Under the pieces are notes generated by a model that worked only from the letters and a program-made list of their open reading frames with translations, did not search any database and was not told where the DNA came from. Positions 26,475 to 36,104 of a stretch of DNA of 64,000 bases are shown piece by piece. The position numbers and the translations under genes are program-made. Source of the DNA: an uncultured virus (IMG/VR IMGVR_UViG_3300031943_000020). Taxonomy: Duplodnaviria > Heunggongvirae > Uroviricota > Caudoviricetes. How positions within the stretch are numbered: position 1 is the first letter of the stretch; the number at the start of each line of letters is the position of its first letter. Location of the stretch: the IMG/VR virus record IMGVR_UViG_3300031943_000020, one strand, 5' to 3'.

Positions 26475-27217
26475 GGAATATGCGCCCAGGATTTACGATG
26501 GACAATACTATGAAGTGTTGCTGGGGATACGGAGAAATCCTTCGCAAGAACAGCTTGTCTTTCTCCCGCTGCGTATCGTTGCCGAATAAGGATAACTTGC
26601 GCCGTTGTCAACTTCGCCTGTGGCAAGGCTTCTCCATGCGCAGACATACCATGAAACCTGCCCAAGAGACGGCCTCTCTCGACGGCATCGCGCGCATTGT
26701 CTTTGGCTGTTCCAGGGTAGAGGTGCCAGGGATTCGTGCAGGGTGGATTATCACAGTGGTGCAGAATCCATCGCGCGGCAAGCATGGCTCCCTTATTGAT
26801 GAGTTTCCACATCATCCGGTGGGCACGCTCATGAAAGTGTTTGTTGTCGATGGAAAATTGGAACGAACCATATCCCCAGTCCATGGTTCCTCCGATCCAT
26901 CCCCAGCAGCAAAACGGGCAGTCTCTTCCGTGGGCACACACAACGACTTTTTCCCAAAGACGTGTACTCAAGTCAGGTCGTTGACATGTCCTAAAGCATT
27001 CTCTGCAACAGTATTTGCCCGTGTTCCTCGATATTTTCGACGGCTTGGTAATAAAAACTTTGCGACATGTGGGATTCTGGCAGGTCAATGTAACGGGTTT
27101 CTGGCGACATGTGTCCTTGCATGGCCTAGAGCAATAGACTCTTTTGTTCTGCCGGGATGGAAAAACAAAAAACACACGACCACACGTAGGATTTTTGCAG
27201 GCACACGCGACAAGCAT
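26471..27217 (-). CDS. Second free-standing HNH homing endonuclease
   Basis: CWGWIG..GYG..AHRMMW..ILHHCDNPPCTNPWHLYPGTAKDNARD; Zn-finger repeats; C-terminal HTH. Confidence 0.9.
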   Translation of the reverse strand: MLVACACKNPTCGRVFFVFPSRQNKRVYCSRPCKDTCRQKPVTLTCQNPTCRKVFITKPSKISRNTGKYCCRECFRTCQRPDLSTRLWEKVVVCAHGRDCPFCCWGWIGGTMDWGYGSFQFSIDNKHFHERAHRMMWKLINKGAMLAARWILHHCDNPPCTNPWHLYPGTAKDNARDAVERGRLLGRFHGMSAHGEALPQAKLTTAQVILIRQRYAAGERQAVLAKDFSVSPATLHSIVHRKSWAHIP

Positions 27218-27352
27218 ACTCAACCTTCCGTAAGTTGGGTGATCCCGAAGATGGTGGAGTGTGGCAACTCGTCGGAATCGAGCTGTCCTACGGTTCATGA
27301 GGCCGCAGTAAGCCACTCCTACAATTATAACACGATGGGGGCCTAGATACTA

Positions 27353-27931
27353 GTGGCCGTCTATCCCTTTACACCAATTCCGTCTAGCATACAGGCCCCA
27401 TCTGTCCTAGACCCAATGCATATATTTGAATCAGATTCTGGTACCACATTTAGGAGATCAAAGCACTCACGGCCCCAGCGTCGCTACCAGCTCGACTACC
27501 TCGGCAAGGTCACGGCGGAGTGGCGCATTATCCGCGACTTCCTCCAAGCGCAGCGCCTTGGCGTCTTGCCGTTTGAGTTTCTGCATATGACGGCCACCGA
27601 TGCCGCGACCTACAGCAATACCACGCCAGTAGTGGTGACCATGTGGCATGCCTATACCAGCGGGCAATGGGTGTCGATTGGTTCCAGCAATCCCAATACG
27701 AGCCTGCACGGTGGGTGGCGGATTACCCGATTGTCTTCCACTACCTTCAGCCTCGATGGCTCCATTGCGGGGGGCGCAGGGACATGCCAGGTCTATACCT
27801 ATATCCCCCAGGCGGTCGGCGTCTTTAGCGAGGACAGCGACCCCAGCCCGGTCAAACTCATGGGACCGGAAAGTACGACGAGCAATCGGGGGCGTTTCTC
27901 GTTTAGCGTGCAAATCTTGGAGCTGCTCTAA
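27353..27931 (+). CDS. Distal tail protein (lambda gpM-like position) with inserted beta domain
   Basis: Follows tape measure; ESDSG...RR....RRYQL.Y; GTG start. Confidence 0.65.
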   Translation: MAVYPFTPIPSSIQAPSVLDPMHIFESDSGTTFRRSKHSRPQRRYQLDYLGKVTAEWRIIRDFLQAQRLGVLPFEFLHMTATDAATYSNTTPVVVTMWHAYTSGQWVSIGSSNPNTSLHGGWRITRLSSTTFSLDGSIAGGAGTCQVYTYIPQAVGVFSEDSDPSPVKLMGPESTTSNRGRFSFSVQILELL

Positions 27932-28434
27932 TGCCACGCCTGCTCAGTGCCGCCTTAACGCGGGAGAAGAATCAGTTAGCTAGTGACCATACGATCACCA
28001 TGTGTGGCCAATTAGACATTGTGGGTGGTCCTGTCCCCTATCGGCTGGTCAACTACGATCAGGATGTGGTGTTCCATGGCATTGTCTACCACCGGGCAGC
28101 CTTTGACGTCGATGCCCTCGAAGATGCTACGAGCATGGCGCTGGTACGCCTGCGTATCTCGTTCGGCAACGTAGATCAGGCCTTGAGTGCACTCCTGGAA
28201 ACCTACTGGGGGCCTGATACCCCTTGGCAGGTCACGATTTGGCAAATCGACACGCGACAACCTAACGAGACGCCCTTTCAGGCTGGCGAAGTCTTCCAGG
28301 TGGCGCAGGTCAATACCGACTTTGTCAGTGCTGTAGTGGAAGTTATTGCCGCCGGTTTCACCCTGGGTGGCACGATGCCCAAGCGTCGGTTCACGACCAG
28401 CGGCGGTTTCCCATGGATCCCCAGGAGGTTCTAG
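27931..28434 (+). CDS. Minor tail protein (gpL-like position)
   Basis: EKNQL..LVNYDQDVVFHG..Y..F..NVDQ..PKRRFT; synteny. Confidence 0.65.
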   Translation: MPRLLSAALTREKNQLASDHTITMCGQLDIVGGPVPYRLVNYDQDVVFHGIVYHRAAFDVDALEDATSMALVRLRISFGNVDQALSALLETYWGPDTPWQVTIWQIDTRQPNETPFQAGEVFQVAQVNTDFVSAVVEVIAAGFTLGGTMPKRRFTTSGGFPWIPRRF

Positions 28435-28436
28435 CC

Positions 28437-28823
28437 ATGGCACAGTCTACTACACTCCCTGACATGGCCGCCCTAGTCGAGCCGTTACTTGGTCTCAGTT
28501 ATGAGCAGTACGATTGTTGGCGACTGGTTAGGCGCTTGTACCGCGACTATTGGGGGGAAGACCTTGATGATGACCCCGTCCAGGGCTGGAAGCATGTGCA
28601 GGAGATCTGGTGGCAGGAGGACGTGGACGATCCGCTAACGCTGTCGCAGAGCGGCGATTTATGGATCATGCGGGGACAAGGAATGAGTAGTCATCATGTC
28701 AGTATCGTGTGTAATACGGTTCATTTTGTCCATGCACGGCGAAGGACAGGCGTGTGTTTAGAGCCACTGAGACGCTGGAGACCGCGTCTCCTCCAGATTG
28801 CCAGGCTACGCAGGCTACTGTAA
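28437..28823 (+). CDS. NlpC/P60-like tail assembly protein (gpK-like)
   Basis: LLGLSY..YDCWRLVR..GDL..HVSI....FVHA. Confidence 0.8.
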   Translation: MAQSTTLPDMAALVEPLLGLSYEQYDCWRLVRRLYRDYWGEDLDDDPVQGWKHVQEIWWQEDVDDPLTLSQSGDLWIMRGQGMSSHHVSIVCNTVHFVHARRRTGVCLEPLRRWRPRLLQIARLRRLL

Positions 28824-31800
28824 CCTGTGTACTCCTCCTGTCCCCCTTACGGGGAAGGGATGGCCGTTGGCGCACCGCCACGCGCACCTTTCCTGCGGGC
28901 GATGCGCTGGAGGCCTATCTGCCATCCACAGAGGCCCTTTCCAGGGTGGCGATCAATGGGGGTGTAGTCCCGCCTGACCTCTACAGTAGTGTAGTACCAC
29001 AAGCAGGCGATGAGGTATGGCTGTACCCGGCATGGGCTGGCCCTGAAGTCTGGGTACCCATAGCCATCGGGCTCGCAGTCAGTCTCATTAGCGCGACGGT
29101 GTCGCATTTCCTGTTTCGCCCCAAGCCATTTCTGCTCCCTCAGCAAAATAGCCTCACCGAAACCACCGAGGAACACACGTTCTCCTTTGAAGGCATTCGC
29201 ACGGCTATTGGCCCTGGAGCCTCGGTGCCCGTGGTCTATGGTCGCCACCGTATTGGGGGCCAACTTCTCGCCGCAGCGGTGGATCAGGCCGCCGTCTACA
29301 TTGACGAGGGTGTGCCGACGACGCCCGGCGTAGCCGTGACCGCCGTGGGCTATGGAGAACCCCAGAATATTGTCATTATCACGGCCCCCGGTAATGGGTT
29401 TAGCCATTACCAGAACATTACGCTTGAAGGTCTTATAGGCAAACCGGCGCTCAATACGACGTGGACTATTCGCATCTTAGACGGTGACCCCGACAGCTTT
29501 GCCTTGCTCTATTCCTGGGGCGTGAACATCGAGACGCCCTACGGCGGCGGTGGAGTGGCACGCCCGGCCAGCACCGGCCGGCGCATCGTGCAGGCGACCT
29601 CCTCGCCCCCGACGCTGAGCTTGTTCCTCGGGCTGTGTGAAGGCCCCATCAGTGCGGTCCTCACGGAGACGATCCAGATTAATGGCCAACCCATTCAGAA
29701 CTTTCCCGGCGTGCAGGTCTTTACGGCCCTGGGGACAGCGGATCAGCCGGCCTTTGCGGAGTTCGGGGCGGCGCGCAACACGTTTTCTGACGGCCGCATC
29801 ATTACCCCCGAAGGGATTGCCGTCACGTATACGTCCAACGGTCCCCTCTACGCCTTTGTGCTCAATCTCGTCTGGGAACAAGGCCTCTTCTACATGAATG
29901 AGAAGGGGGAAAAGGAAAGTAATACCGTCCATATTGAGTATCGCTATGCCGTGGCGGGCACGGGCAACTGGTCGCCGGTCGCCGTCGCCGATGTGACCGG
30001 GGATCGCACGGCACCCGTGCGCATCGGTTTGAAGCAAGAAGGCTTACCATTTGCCCAGTATGACATTCAGATTGCGCGCGGGGGTGCGACGCAGACCAAT
30101 GAGGTGCGGGCCAAGTTTGAGCCCACCCTGGAGAGTGTCACCGAGTATATTCCCAATCAGGCGAGCTATCCCTATACGGCATGGTTGGGGCTGAAGGCCC
30201 TTGCGACGGATAGCCTGCGCGGAGCCCTGCCCAACATTACCGTGGAGGTGCTCGGGCGGACGGTACGGGTGGCGACGCTCGTACCCGTGGAAACCTGGTC
30301 GGACAATCCGTCCTGGTGCGTGATGGATGCGCTCACGAACAAACGGTATGGGCGCAGCGTGCCCGACGGCGACATTGACCTGAATGCCTTTTATCTCTAC
30401 GGGCTCAATTGTGACCAGATCATCGACGGCGAGATGCGCCACCGTTTGAATATCGTCCTGGACCGCGAAACCCGTGCGCAACAATGGTTCCTCGAAACCA
30501 TGGGCGGCTCACGCGGCCTGCTGCTCAAATCCTACGGTCTCTGGACGCCGCGCCCGACGATGAGTGAGCCGCCGGTCATGCTGCTGTCCTGGACGATGGT
30601 GAGCAACGTGACCGTCACGTACCTGCGCGACGTAGACGCGGTGAACGTCATGGAAGCCCGGTTTGCCAATGAGGCGTCCGACTATGAGCAGGACGTCATG
30701 ACCTGGCCCACGATTGAGCACTGGCCGGCAGACGTCCACAAGGCGAGTCTCGATCTGCGCGGCATTACCAAGCCCTCGCGCATTATGCGGGCGCTCCAAT
30801 ATGAGCTGAATCGGCGGCGCTATGAAAATGTGCTCTTGGAGTTGGATGCCAGTGCGGAAGCGCTGCCCCTGCAACTGCATGACCTGTTTCGCTTCTCGCA
30901 TCCCCAGCCGGGCTGGGGGACGTCCGGGCGCATTCAACCCCTCTCGACGACAACGATCCTTTACCTCGATGAGCCGTGTACCATGCAGTCTGGCGTCCAG
31001 TACGTGGTGTACTTGCGCTATGAGAATGATGTCGTCCTGGCGCGCAGTGTGCTCACGGAACCAGGCACGGTCAGGCGCCTGACGCTGACGACGCCTACGG
31101 ACAGCCCCCCACCGCCCTATACCACGGTCTGGGTCTTTGGGACGCTGGCGACTGAGGCGAATACGCGGATTTTCCGCGTGACGGCCCTGCAACGCAAGAG
31201 CGATACGACCGTGCACCTGGAGGCGGTCATCCACAACCCGAGCATCTATGATGATGCCCTGGCCACGCCGCTCCCTGTGGTTACCACGCTCTTTAATCCT
31301 CTCGGCCCGCCACCACCGATCGTGACGCTCATTGCCACGGAACTCGTCCGTATTCAGTCCAGCGGGGCGAGTTTGCGCGTCGTGAATCTGTCCTGGGATG
31401 TGGCACAACTCACGAGTGGGTACGCGCCCTACGGCGGTGCCTCGATCTTGCGGCGGACGATTGGCGCGAGTAGTCAGGCCGGGCAAGTGACCGCAGGCAC
31501 GATCGATCTCGGGGCGATTATTGACCCCAATGACCCGAACGTGAACTATACCCCCCTGGCGCAAGTACGCGGGCATGTCCTGGACTACGATGACGCGACG
31601 GTCATTACGGGCAGCACGTATCAGTACCGGGTGGTTCCGGTGTCGTCCCTGGGGGTCCCCAACAACACGGGGGCGCGGGAAGTCCTCATTCATATTACGG
31701 GCGCCAGTACAGCCGCCTATTTCCCGGGGACGCCGCGCAACCTCCGCCTCAAAGGGCAACTCGTGGGGGTGACGGAGTGGGAAGGACGGGACGTCCATGT

Positions 31801-34003
31801 CGAGTGGGACAGTGTAGAGCCCAGTCCCCTCTTTTCTGACACGTTTTTCGTGCAGGATTATGTGGTGCAAGTCTGGGCGCCCGGGCAACTCTACCTGTTG
31901 CGGGCGACGACGGTCGCGGTCAGCCCCACCGGGCAGTCCGTGCAGTGGACCTATACCTACGAGCAAAACTATGAGGATCAGGTCCGGAGTGGGTACAACA
32001 GTGCGAGGCGGGACCTCGAAATCTGGGTGTGGGCACGCACGAATACCGGGCTCACGTCGCAGGTCCCCGCCCATATCGGGGTGATCAATCCACCACCAGA
32101 CATGTCAGACATCCTCCCCGATGTGACGGGGCTCTTTGAAGCGGCGCTCATTAACTTTAATCAGTGGGTCGAGCCCCGCGATCTCCATCACTACGAAGTC
32201 TACCTCGACATCATGAACCCGCCCGTGGCCATCTACCAGGACGTCAGCGTGGCGTTCCGCAAACTCTTTCCTGCCGACTTGATCGCGGGGGTTCAGTATT
32301 GGACCTACATCTTACCCTTCGATACCTTCGGGCCAGGGATACCGAGCCAGACCGCGACCTTTACGCCCGTCGCCCTCACCGCCGACAAGCTCGATTCGAC
32401 CCCGCCCAGTGTGCCCGTGGGGCTGGTCCTCACGACAGGCTCCACCGTGGCCGAGGACGGCACGATTGATACCTGGGTCGAGGCGTCGTGGGACCCGGTC
32501 AATGAGTCCGATGTCGCCGGCTATCAGCTCTCCTTTCGGTTCCCGCCCAGTCTCGTCCCGACCGGGGTCTTTGTGGACCGTGGCGAATCGCGTTACCGCC
32601 TTCAGGTACCGGGGGGTGTCGAAGTCTTTGCCCGGGTCGCGGCGTATGACAAGACCATGAATATTAGTGCCTTTACTGAGGAAGTCAGCATTACGACGGG
32701 GAGTGATACGACCCCGCCTGGACTGCCCAGTAATCTCACGGCCATTGGCGGGGTTGAGAAGGTGCATCTGCTCTGGACGCCCCCTGCCGACCTGGACTAT
32801 GACTACGGGCAAGTGTGGTCGTCACCGACCAATGACTTGAGCCTCGCGAACCCGATTGGCAGTGGCAGCTTTAGCGCCGAACATCAGGGCCTAGGGGCGA
32901 ATGATACCCGGTATTACTGGGTGCGCGCGGTGGACCGTTCCGGCAATGCTGGGGAGTTTTATCCCGCGACGCCGCTCGCCGGCATTGTGGGCACGGCGGG
33001 CCAGATTGATACGACGTTTATTAGCTCCCTGGCGGTGGACAAGCTCCTCGCCGGGACCATCGATGTCCTCGTCTATCTCGGGGTCGCCAATCGCATTTAT
33101 CTCGATGGCGTGCACCAGCAGATTGTCGTGTTGGATGCGACCCGGGCTCGGGTCGCGATGGGGAGCCTGGGGGCCGGCAGTACGGACTGGGGCCTGCGAG
33201 TCTGGGATAGCCTCGGACGGATCATGTTTGACGCGACGGATGAGGGCGTCACCGCCGTGGGTATCAAGACCGGGGCCATTAGCGCCAGTCATCTGCGCAC
33301 CGATACCGCCGTCATTAGCGTAGCGGCCCAGATTGCGAATGAACAGGTCATTGATTCGCACATTAAGAACCTGAGTGCCAACAAAATCGTGGCAGGCACG
33401 ATTCAGGCCATCATCAACGTTGGCGTCGGGGGCGTGCCAGGGCTCTCTACCAACCTCTATCTCGATGGCTTTAACCGCAACCTCGTGGTCTTTGACGACA
33501 CCAACCGCACGCGCATTATGCTCGGTCATCAGGGCAGTGGTGTCTATGGGCTCCGTATCTGGAATGCCAACGGCGACCCCATGTATGACTTTACGACAGG
33601 CGCCACGACGGTCGGCATTACGCCCAATGCCGTCACCGAAAGTGTGCAGCATGACGCGCCAAGTAACTTGGTGGTCACAAGTTCGGAAACGGTGGTCGCC
33701 ACCATCACCTTTCCCCAACTCGCCGCGGGGGATGAGGTCCTCCTGTTTGGCAAGATTGCGGCGACGATCACTGCTGATGCGCACTTGCGCGTGCGGCTCC
33801 GGGAAGATAGCGCCTTCGGTGGCGAGTGGGACTGGACCGACTGTCACTCCCCACTCGCGGTTGGGCTGTCGGTGCAAGCGGTCTATCCGGTGACGACGCC
33901 GATGTTCAACAAAGCCTTTGTCATGACGATGCAAAACACCTTTAGTGGCGCCACGGTGGCGGCCGAATCGCGCAAGCTGGTCGGGCTACGGAGGAAGCGC
34001 TAA
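28754..34003 (+). CDS. Tail tip / host-specificity protein (gpI-gpJ-like fusion) with FN3 repeats
   Basis: VPVVYGRHRIGG, LCEGPI, YPYTA, WSDNPSWC, FN3-like repeats, IKNLSANKIVAGTI; start codon uncertain. Confidence 0.9.
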   Translation: MFRATETLETASPPDCQATQATVTCVLLLSPLRGRDGRWRTATRTFPAGDALEAYLPSTEALSRVAINGGVVPPDLYSSVVPQAGDEVWLYPAWAGPEVWVPIAIGLAVSLISATVSHFLFRPKPFLLPQQNSLTETTEEHTFSFEGIRTAIGPGASVPVVYGRHRIGGQLLAAAVDQAAVYIDEGVPTTPGVAVTAVGYGEPQNIVIITAPGNGFSHYQNITLEGLIGKPALNTTWTIRILDGDPDSFALLYSWGVNIETPYGGGGVARPASTGRRIVQATSSPPTLSLFLGLCEGPISAVLTETIQINGQPIQNFPGVQVFTALGTADQPAFAEFGAARNTFSDGRIITPEGIAVTYTSNGPLYAFVLNLVWEQGLFYMNEKGEKESNTVHIEYRYAVAGTGNWSPVAVADVTGDRTAPVRIGLKQEGLPFAQYDIQIARGGATQTNEVRAKFEPTLESVTEYIPNQASYPYTAWLGLKALATDSLRGALPNITVEVLGRTVRVATLVPVETWSDNPSWCVMDALTNKRYGRSVPDGDIDLNAFYLYGLNCDQIIDGEMRHRLNIVLDRETRAQQWFLETMGGSRGLLLKSYGLWTPRPTMSEPPVMLLSWTMVSNVTVTYLRDVDAVNVMEARFANEASDYEQDVMTWPTIEHWPADVHKASLDLRGITKPSRIMRALQYELNRRRYENVLLELDASAEALPLQLHDLFRFSHPQPGWGTSGRIQPLSTTTILYLDEPCTMQSGVQYVVYLRYENDVVLARSVLTEPGTVRRLTLTTPTDSPPPPYTTVWVFGTLATEANTRIFRVTALQRKSDTTVHLEAVIHNPSIYDDALATPLPVVTTLFNPLGPPPPIVTLIATELVRIQSSGASLRVVNLSWDVAQLTSGYAPYGGASILRRTIGASSQAGQVTAGTIDLGAIIDPNDPNVNYTPLAQVRGHVLDYDDATVITGSTYQYRVVPVSSLGVPNNTGAREVLIHITGASTAAYFPGTPRNLRLKGQLVGVTEWEGRDVHVEWDSVEPSPLFSDTFFVQDYVVQVWAPGQLYLLRATTVAVSPTGQSVQWTYTYEQNYEDQVRSGYNSARRDLEIWVWARTNTGLTSQVPAHIGVINPPPDMSDILPDVTGLFEAALINFNQWVEPRDLHHYEVYLDIMNPPVAIYQDVSVAFRKLFPADLIAGVQYWTYILPFDTFGPGIPSQTATFTPVALTADKLDSTPPSVPVGLVLTTGSTVAEDGTIDTWVEASWDPVNESDVAGYQLSFRFPPSLVPTGVFVDRGESRYRLQVPGGVEVFARVAAYDKTMNISAFTEEVSITTGSDTTPPGLPSNLTAIGGVEKVHLLWTPPADLDYDYGQVWSSPTNDLSLANPIGSGSFSAEHQGLGANDTRYYWVRAVDRSGNAGEFYPATPLAGIVGTAGQIDTTFISSLAVDKLLAGTIDVLVYLGVANRIYLDGVHQQIVVLDATRARVAMGSLGAGSTDWGLRVWDSLGRIMFDATDEGVTAVGIKTGAISASHLRTDTAVISVAAQIANEQVIDSHIKNLSANKIVAGTIQAIINVGVGGVPGLSTNLYLDGFNRNLVVFDDTNRTRIMLGHQGSGVYGLRIWNANGDPMYDFTTGATTVGITPNAVTESVQHDAPSNLVVTSSETVVATITFPQLAAGDEVLLFGKIAATITADAHLRVRLREDSAFGGEWDWTDCHSPLAVGLSVQAVYPVTTPMFNKAFVMTMQNTFSGATVAAESRKLVGLRRKR

Positions 34004-34431
34004 TGCCTATGCTCGCCCACTACCAGCGCAGTGACGGCCTCATTCTGGGGCTCTGGATTGCCAATACTGAGGCACTCTTGCTGGCCCAAGTGGTCGAAGG
34101 GGATCCCGTGCACGGGTATCTGCTCGTGCCTGATCAGGATCGGGCGGTGTTGCAAGAGCAATATCTCGTGAGTGCCAGCGGCCTGATCCCGAAGCCTGCG
34201 GTCACGCTCCATGCCAGCCCCTCACCATTTCCCGCCGATGGCTCCAGTGTGTGTACGGTCAGCGTCGTGCCGTTTGTCCCCTGTACGGTCCTGGTCGATA
34301 CGATCCCCTATGCGCTGGTAAGCGAGGACCCTACGTTGCTTCTCACAGCCGATGCCCCGACGCTGTTCCAGATCAGTCTGCCGCATCAGGCGGCGTGCTG
34401 GGGCTCCCCGATCACTGTGGAGGCTGTGTAG
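34003..34431 (+). CDS. Hypothetical tail-region protein
   Basis: Coupled to the tail tip gene stop. Confidence 0.6.
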   Translation: MPMLAHYQRSDGLILGLWIANTEALLLAQVVEGDPVHGYLLVPDQDRAVLQEQYLVSASGLIPKPAVTLHASPSPFPADGSSVCTVSVVPFVPCTVLVDTIPYALVSEDPTLLLTADAPTLFQISLPHQAACWGSPITVEAV

Positions 34432-34626
34432 ATGCCGAGGCATGCGCACCAGGCATGGCGTGATACCCCCTTGTCCGCGGACGTGCAGCTCATGCTCACG
34501 GTCCTGCTGCGGCACGTGAACGTCCTGCGGGTGTGTACCGATTTGCCGCCGCTGACACTGGACGAGTTGTGCCAGGAGGCGCGCCTGCAACTCCGTACCC
34601 TGCCAGAGAGGGAGGAGCGTCCATGA
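34432..34626 (+). CDS. Hypothetical protein
   Basis: Coupled on both sides. Confidence 0.5.
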   Translation: MPRHAHQAWRDTPLSADVQLMLTVLLRHVNVLRVCTDLPPLTLDELCQEARLQLRTLPEREERP

Positions 34627-36104
34627 GCCTCCTAGGATCGGGCAGTGGGAGCGGGTACCCAAACGAAATAGATACGCGGCAGACGTTTGTCAACAGCCCA
34701 TTGGCGTCTCCTGATAGTTCAAGTAGAATTGATGCTGAATTTGTCAACGATAGCCTCCATACGCTCGTCCAACTAGAAACCACGCTCGGCGCCAGGCCCC
34801 AGGGCAATTTTGCCTCCGTCGCGGCCCGGCTCCAACAGTTCGTGCCAGGTGGGGGTGAGAGCCCGCTCACCTTTGGCTTTGCGGCGACCACGACAGTCAC
34901 GATTCCAGGCACCCTGCACAATCTCGGCACGGCCAGTCCGCTCATTGACATCTATGACAATCTCTCGCCGCGCAACAGTATTGAGCCCAATACTATCAGT
35001 ATCAATACCGCCAGCTATGATATCGTCGTGACGTTTACGACGCCCCAGAGCGGCGTCATTTGCCTGGCCAATCCGGTGCCGCAATACAGCACCACCTTTA
35101 CGAACACCACCTCGGTCAGCATTCTGGGTACCAGTCATGGCCTGGATACGTCGCTCCTCTTTGCGAGTGTCTATGTGGTGAGCGGCGCGCAGCAGATTCA
35201 TAGCAGTAGTGCCTCGGTCACGATCCACACGGGCACGTATGATGTCCTCATCACGTTTGATACCCCGCAAAGTGGCGCCGTGACCTTGAGCGCTGCGGGA
35301 CCCCGCTATAGTACCGCGTTTACCGAGCAAACGAGTGTCACCGTGTTCGGGGCGACGCATGGCCTGGGCACGGGCGCCCTGCTCTATCAGGTCTATGACA
35401 ACGGCGCGCCCCGCGCCTTTATTGAGCCCAATACCCTCAGTATTGACCAGAATACCTTTGATGTCGTGATGACGTTTCAGACGCCCCAAAGTGGCACGCT
35501 CCTCCTGGTCGGCGCGACCGCCATTAGTGGGCAGGAGTTTGAGATTCGGGACCACGGGGTCACGGACGTCAGTGCGGTGCGCGTCTATAGCGAGTTGGGC
35601 ACACTGCACTTGCAGATGGGCGTTGGCAATCAAGCCGTGGTGGAGAGTACGACTGGCAGCATTGTGCAGACGACCGACAACACGGGCAACCTCGTCATCG
35701 CGGGCGAGGCCTACAAGTCAGTGGGTGGTCCCTGGCTGGCCCCTTCCGATGCCCGCCTGAAAACCAATGTGCACCCCTTTACGGATGGCCTTGATCTGCT
35801 CCTCCACCTGGAACCGGTCTGGTTCACGTTTAATGGCCAGGGGGGGATTGCCCCAGATGGCAAGGAGCATGTGAGTCTCCTCGCGCAGGCGGTGCAAACT
35901 CTGGCACCGTACCTGGTCGGGAGTCGTCCTGGTGTCCTGGAGCCCGGTGGCCCGGCGACGGACCTCCTCACGCTCGATACCGGGCCGCTGCTCTACGTGC
36001 TGATCAATACGCTTAAAACCCTCTATGCCACGCAACAGACGCAGGAGGCGCGCCTGGCCCGCCTTGAAGCCCTCCTAGAGCCCCCAGAGGAGATGCCCGC
36101 ATGA
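34623..36104 (+). CDS. Tail fibre with C-terminal intramolecular chaperone (peptidase S74-like)
   Basis: Three HxLGT...TFxTPQSG repeats; [10 protein letters not shown]...LEPVWF..LAQAVQ..P.LV followed by a coiled coil. Confidence 0.85.
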   Translation: MSLLGSGSGSGYPNEIDTRQTFVNSPLASPDSSSRIDAEFVNDSLHTLVQLETTLGARPQGNFASVAARLQQFVPGGGESPLTFGFAATTTVTIPGTLHNLGTASPLIDIYDNLSPRNSIEPNTISINTASYDIVVTFTTPQSGVICLANPVPQYSTTFTNTTSVSILGTSHGLDTSLLFASVYVVSGAQQIHSSSASVTIHTGTYDVLITFDTPQSGAVTLSAAGPRYSTAFTEQTSVTVFGATHGLGTGALLYQVYDNGAPRAFIEPNTLSIDQNTFDVVMTFQTPQSGTLLLVGATAISGQEFEIRDHGVTDVSAVRVYSELGTLHLQMGVGNQAVVESTTGSIVQTTDNTGNLVIAGEAYKSVGGPWLAPSDARLKTNVHPFTDGLDLLLHLEPVWFTFNGQGGIAPDGKEHVSLLAQAVQTLAPYLVGSRPGVLEPGGPATDLLTLDTGPLLYVLINTLKTLYATQQTQEARLARLEALLEPPEEMPA

